From Amphiscolops sp. MND2022 (lineage: Eukaryota), in NCBI GenBank assembly GCA_964187785.1, contig OZ076420.1, positions 41,354,001 to 41,418,000 on the forward strand: 64,000 nucleotides of DNA. The letters are read 5' to 3'. The translations under genes and the position numbers were made by a program. Below the pieces are notes generated by a model. The model saw only the letters and a program-made list of their open reading frames with translations, did no database searches and was not told the origin of the DNA. Shown piece after piece: positions 58,201 through 64,000 of the stretch (its first letter is position 1; the number at the start of each line of letters is the position of its first letter).

Positions 58201-60281
58201 GTTTTTGGGAAAAAGTTCAAACTTATAACAGACAACCTATATGATGAACTAGAAAAAAATCCATTGCATCATTTATCAAAACTGCTGAGCTATTTTGGAG
58301 ATGATTACAGATCTGCCTGTTCTGGAGCACCATCTGAGTCCTCGAGTGAAGGCAGCCTGGCTCAGTGTGAACAAACTCAGGGGCTACATAGATGCAGTCT
58401 ATGACGTCACAATAGCGTACGAAGAGAGCCAGCTGCCTTCAGACTTGAGCAGCAGGAAGTTCCGAGTCAAATTTTCCGGTTAGTTTAGATTGATCTCTAT
58501 ACTTGCCGAAAAAGTTCTGTCCTTAAAAAAACACTCAGCCGAAAAACTAAAAAGATTGAAGAAGCTGTGAAGAAAAAAATTTAAAACTTTAAAAATACAC
58601 TTTTATCTTGAACTACTGCTGTAATGCTGAGAAAAAACATTTTATAGAAAATGGAAATGAAGCCTTTTTTGCTATTGTAGTCAAAAATCTAGGCATTGAT
58701 GGATGTTTAAAAAGTTAAAATTGAATTTTAAAACAAAAGTTTTGCGAATTGTCATTTTTGTCAAGAGTTTTCCCAAAAACAGAATATCCATAATGTGATA
58801 TCATAAAATGGGACAATTTAAAACTTTTTTCTCAATTTCTTTTCTTTCGAAAAAAAAATTTGCAGGATTAGATTCAGACATATGGGGGGAGTATACTGCA
58901 GATATCACTCTTATTTCATCAAAACATCGCAATTGATCGAATGCGAAGTTTCAGTACCTCCACGTATTCTATACGGAAAGAAATTTCGAAACATTTTTGT
59001 GAACTCTTTCGATATGGAAACACTATCTATGAGCAAATTGCTAGATTTCAATTTATGTGAAACGTTTTTCAAGCAGTTGGAGTAAATCAGCCGGAGACAG
59101 AACTTTGGTCTGTAACATGTTCATTCCATATTTTGACCCTCCTTGTATTAGTCACTGCTAAAGTTCATCGGTCTACTAACTTTCCCTAACTTCTCTGAAA
59201 ATAGAATCAATCGAAGACAACGAACATTCGTTTGATGATGTTGCAAAAGCAGGTGTTCAGAAATTGCAATGGTCATAACCTTCCTCTTTATTCACGTAAA
59301 AATCTTTTGAAATCATTGATCCACTTTGTGTTCGTGAGTAATTACATTGATTGATGTTTAATCACAATATAAAAGGTTTCCCTTTTTATATAAAAGGTTT
59401 CCTTTTTGTAGTTTAAGTCTTCTTTTCTCTACTTTAACAAGATCGTGCGTAATGAAACCACAAATTAGTTTTGTTGATTAGTTTGTATGTGCCCATAGTG
59501 CAGAGAGGACATGTCGGTAAGATAAATGATCAAAAAATTAAAAGGTAAAAGAGATCAGCTGTCAAAACACTGCAAACTGCAGAGCCTCCCTACAGTGTCG
59601 GCAACGGTCCCATAAAAACAAATTCTAAAAATTTTAGTTGTTTGTGGCTTATACTGTTTAAAAGGTGTCTATAATTTGGTCTCTTGGCTTACCAAAAATA
59701 CTACTTGACTTACCAAAAATCATATAATATATATATTTTCTCAGATTTCGCCTTGCTGCTGTACAAAAGAGTCCACGTGAAGATTCGCAGGGTTGAAATC
59801 AAAGACACGCCTACAGATGAAGAAAGTTTCAGGGCTTGGCTCCACAATCTGTTCGTGGAAAAAGACAAGTGTGTAAACGCATTCCTTTCGAGTAATAGAA
59901 ATTTTCTATTCTAGTTTTTGCCGAACTTCAGAATTTTCGGTTTAATGCTTATCGTGTTTTTGAGCAAGAGATCTTCGTTAAGGCAGCCTTGTTTTGAGTC
60001 TCTTTAAACCATCCCGTATCCTTACTGGAAGTACGAGTGAATTTGCTTGATGTTCTAGAGACATCTCACACTTCTACTCACGCGACCTGAGTCAAGCTAG
60101 GAGATTTGCGGGCCAGAGTTTCTGCCCTGCTAGAAGCACCCGTGCCTTGGCAACCACTGCTTTTGTGTGGATAAGCATATCAGCAGCCATGATCTACTTC
60201 CCCTCTTCCTACTGGGTGTGGACCCGAAGTTGGGCCGCTGTGCTTCTCCTGGGTCCTGTGTATGCAGTCCTCAAACGATGA
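55274..60281 (+). CDS. AGPAT5: 1-acyl-sn-glycerol-3-phosphate acyltransferase epsilon-like; exons 55274-55489, 56254-56332, 56777-56985, 57901-57991, 58311-58478, 59745-59868, 60059-60281
   Basis: NHQS.ADW, VRYIMK..KYLP.YGWYF, FVRR, IFPEGTR, P.VK and DAVYDVTIAY motifs; GT-AG junctions preserve the frame; hydrophobic C-terminus. Confidence 0.9.
57370..57440 (+). repeat. Short dispersed intronic repeat (second copy at 59547-59620)
   Basis: TGCAGAGCCTCC.TACAGTGTC...CGGTCCCATAAAA shared by AGPAT5 introns 3 and 5. Confidence 0.7.
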
Positions 60282-63127
60282 AAAGAAACATCACTCACTT
60301 CATTGAAATTGCTTTTTTCATTGCCAAAGGCTTTTTAAGGCTTAATTCACGCTATTATCGTTCTCTGGATGCCAAAGAAGTGGCATAAAATCCGTTTTTG
60401 ATGTCGTTGCAAATTTTAAAGCGGGGAGGGATTGATGAGAGTTTGAAATTGCTCATCATCGGTAAAGTTTGAAGCTACTTCCTTCAAAGACCCTATATCA
60501 ATCAGTTTAAGAAATTTAGATGTTAAATTTGCTATTTCCTGATAAGGGGATTCCAATTTTTTGTCACATCGGAAAATGCAGACCGTAAACGAAGTGCCAA
60601 ATGAAGATTATATATTTTAATGTGTGACATTAACTCATTGATGTGGTTTTGGTCGAAACTGTTCCCCTACAACAATCATGTGAATGCCCATCATTCTGAA
60701 ACGTTGATTAGTGATTCGTACCTTTATTCCATAATTACCTTCGTCCACATTATACAATCTAAAATATAGATGGTGATTTCGTTAATCCTCGTAAATTTCG
60801 TGTGCTACTAAATATTTTCAAACCGATATTTGTTGCAATGCATATAGTTTACTGCTGTAGCAAATGAATTATTGCCAAAATCGCAGTGCTTTATGACGTA
60901 AAACTTGCAGTACAGCTTATCTATTGCAGGATTCAGATGAATGTTATGATGGCGCTATATGAAAACAAGAACCATAAATTCCTTTTATTCAGGCTTTTTT
61001 TCCTTTTGATAATCATGCATTGAGACAATTTTTGTATGTTTCTATCCATAAGAGTTTTAAAAATGTCACTTCTTTGGGGAAAATATTTCTTGATCACATA
61101 TCAAATGATATTCAAGCGTGGGTGAAAACTTCACGATCTTTTTCACAGAACATTCCAGCAACTAAAGTGTTTTTATCCATAATAATCGGGAAAAGGCCGT
61201 GATAGTGTCATTCGAAACTTGCTTGTTTCACAAAATTTTGCGACATTTCCTTCGTCAGTATTGGAAAATGGTTTTTACCAACATATTTTGAAACACGTTT
61301 TTTGAATAACTCAAATAATTTTTTATCAATATTACAAATTTCCGTTGCTTTGCTACAAAATATATTACCCCTATATGAAGATCTCGAATGAAAAAAATGT
61401 GATTATCATATTATCAGAGTTTCTTTCCTGTCACTTTGTGTTCTTTACGTAAAGCCAAACTGTGCTAATTTTGTTGAACAAAACCAATTTGCTTCTGAAT
61501 CATCTAATTTTTGGGTAATCAAATCGTTTAATTCCAACTCAGGTAACATTTCATCAGTTTTGAACTATCTTATCTAATCGAAGTGTCGGCGCTTGTGGGC
61601 AGTTTTTAAATAATTTTAATAGCAGTTTCAGTTATTCTAAGTTGACCTCATTGAAATTATTGAAAACTGCTTTTTGCTTGCAGTCCCCTCATTTTCCACA
61701 ATAAATTGAGCCTGTCGCTTGCTTCATTCGATCAAATTGGGTATATGCAGTACAAAATATCTCATTCCGCTCATTTTTGTGAGTTTTGTAAACCTCTTTA
61801 AAAAATTTCTCCGATCAGTGGGTATTCAGAAGTTCTCTGCACCCAATCTGAAAGACTTTGGTATCTAATAAGTATTCGTTGAATTCACATCTTTCAGACA
61901 AACTGGAGCATATCTAGACAGTTAGCTATTTCCTCATGCTTTCATACTTGAGAAAACATCCAAATTTTCTCCACCTTGAACAGTCAATTGTCCAAAAATC
62001 TCAATGGTTTGAAAAAAGGAAAGCAAGTTTTTGTCCTTCGATGCCGTTTTAATGCTGTTTCAATGCAGTGATTGAAATAGCAGAGTCTTGTAAATATTCA
62101 CTTTTTTGACGATTTGAAATGATTTTTTTCACGATGTTTGTACCCAGGCAATCTCTTGTGGTCCTCGTGCACCTTCTAAGTTTTTTGTCATAACAACGGT
62201 ATCAGTTGACGACCCAGTTTTGTATAGTATCTGACTAGACATACTTTTTCAGGAACTATGAAATAAAAGACGCCACTCAGCAGACCGGTACCCATTAACC
62301 AAATGAACTAGTCACTGTCGATAAAGATTCTCTGAATCTGAAATGTGAAACAACCAACTGACTCGCGGCTCCAATGATTCGCCAGTGTCATCTGTTACAT
62401 TGATGAGGACGAACCTAGCCGTGTCTTTACATGGTTTTGGCTTCTTTACTTCGAGGTAACACTTGTTTCTCACTCATTTTTAATCCTATTTTCTAAGCAT
62501 TTTTCTCTAATGGTGCTGATTCAAGTTGAAGAAGAGAAGAATCTGAGTGAGAATGTAAAAACATATTTGTAGGGAGACTTCTGTATTCATATTTTTGTCA
62601 GCCTACATATTTTCATATCATACAAACGAAAATCATTTAGCTTGTTTGATTTTTATATTCAAAGTCCATTAAAGTCTCACGCCTGTCTAATTTATTGAAC
62701 AATATGTTGAATTTCTGGGAAACTTTTCCCCCAAAAAATCTCTGTTCTCGTCAACAGCGCGTTTTGACGAGCAGTAAATTCTTTTGGCAATCAAACCCTA
62801 AACTAATTCAGAACTAAATCACTCGCTTCGTTTTTTTTTTCAAAGAATAATGCCTCAATTTTTTTACGCCAAGATTGCCAGTGAATTACTTTATTGCAAC
62901 AGATTTTATTAGATAATAGAGACTCCTATTAATTTTCGAAATCCTGTTACCAGAAATTGTGGTACTTAAAATGGAATGCATGCAAAAATCTATAAGTTGC
63001 TTAGCCGATCAGCTTAGCGGCCTTCCTATTACAACACCGTGCCTGCATATACTTTGTGTCTGTAATTACAAGTAGTTAATTTGTGTTCAATTGTAATGAA
63101 TGTTCCTATGATGTCTACCAGGCTACG

Positions 63128-63426
63128 ATGAAGTTATCGGGATTGGTGTCGACGTTGATTCTACAGCCTGGACGTTCAGTTGCAGTTTGGGCGGCCAGTC
63201 AGCTCTACGCGAAGAGTGCCTCCACCCTCAATTTCTGCCTTCTAAATTTCTTCCATCCGCGCGCTGTTCAACCGAGAACAAGAAGATTCACCTGTACGTC
63301 CACTTACTCCAAAGCAATGAACAGCTCCGAGACCGGTGATTCTGCAGTTACACCGACCAAGGAGAGAGTAGAGAAAAGTGGAACATCTAATGAGATTGCG
63401 AACGTGACGTCTTTTGGCGATACAAG
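63128..63426 (+). CDS. Possible first exon of a downstream gene (mitochondrial-presequence-like)
   Basis: MKLSGLVSTL...: Arg/Ser-rich and acid-poor N-terminus, GC-richer than the flanks, ending at a GTTAGT donor-like site as used by AGPAT5 introns. No domain recognised. Confidence 0.3.
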
Positions 63427-64000
63427 TTAGTTTCAACATGACTCTAGAATGTCTGGCCTGGTGTCATTCTCGCTTGAAACGTTTTTGAGCTTTTTCTCAT
63501 GTCCTTTTTGAGATGATTTTGATGTAAGTACAGTCAACTCCTGTTGATTCGTATGAACCGGATAATGAGGATCTGCGTTAATTTCGTATTTATATAAGAC
63601 GCCCATTTCGCGCCGACCAAGTAATATCCGGCTAATTCGTATTTCTCATTATTCGTACTATTTTATTCGGCACCTAGCGGTACGAATTAGGCTGATTCAA
63701 CTGTACTTTAAAAGAGAGACTGTACAAAACAAGAGTTGAGATGGCACAAAGTACCTCATCCAAACCTTATGAATAGCTAGCAACGTTTCCATAAATGTCT
63801 TCATTTTAGAACTTTGGACATCTTGGCGTCTTTTGTTCTTCGGAAAATACATTATGCATCTCAATCACGAACACAGTATGAAATCTAAGGCATATGATGT
63901 AATTTTCATGTTTTCTGAGGTAGTTTTATCCAATTAAGGCCTAGAAAACTGGGAAATCTTTTTAGGTCAATGTTCAGTTTCCACTTTTGGAAGTTTTGAA

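Noticed and set aside
62230-62300. Alternative last exon for AGPAT5
   Set aside because: Stops after 15 codons; 60059-60281 matches the expected FY...RRF.G motif and hydrophobic tail.
1-64000. tRNA or rRNA genes
   Set aside because: No cloverleaf or rRNA signature recognised; only PBS complementarity.

Overview
AT-rich eukaryotic, probably invertebrate, DNA dominated by nested transposons. It carries one clear host gene (7-exon AGPAT5-like acyltransferase, 55274-60281) and two exons of a trypsin-like pseudo-protease. The centrepiece is a very young 15.8-kb Ty3/Gypsy LTR retrotransposon (11125-26961; 2.1-kb LTRs differing at about 5 positions; GATTC target-site duplication; intact gag and pol). 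It has three unusual traits. (i) An intact antisense gene, apparently spliced in five exons (about 1150 aa), whose last exon looks like a zinc-finger hAT DNA-transposase fold that has lost its catalytic residues. (ii) A sense ORF running through the polypurine tract into the 3' LTR. (iii) A gag whose first 114 codons lie inside the LTR, an arrangement conserved in phase in a diverged sister solo LTR that the element landed in. That solo LTR itself splits an RTE-type LINE. The rest is nested degenerate Gypsy elements, a Copia fragment, two CRE-like non-LTR elements (one with a PHD finger), DINE-1/HINE-like repeats, and MITE families that share two GCGAAGC-hairpin cores between different terminal arms. 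Family assignments come from visual motif recognition, not database searches.
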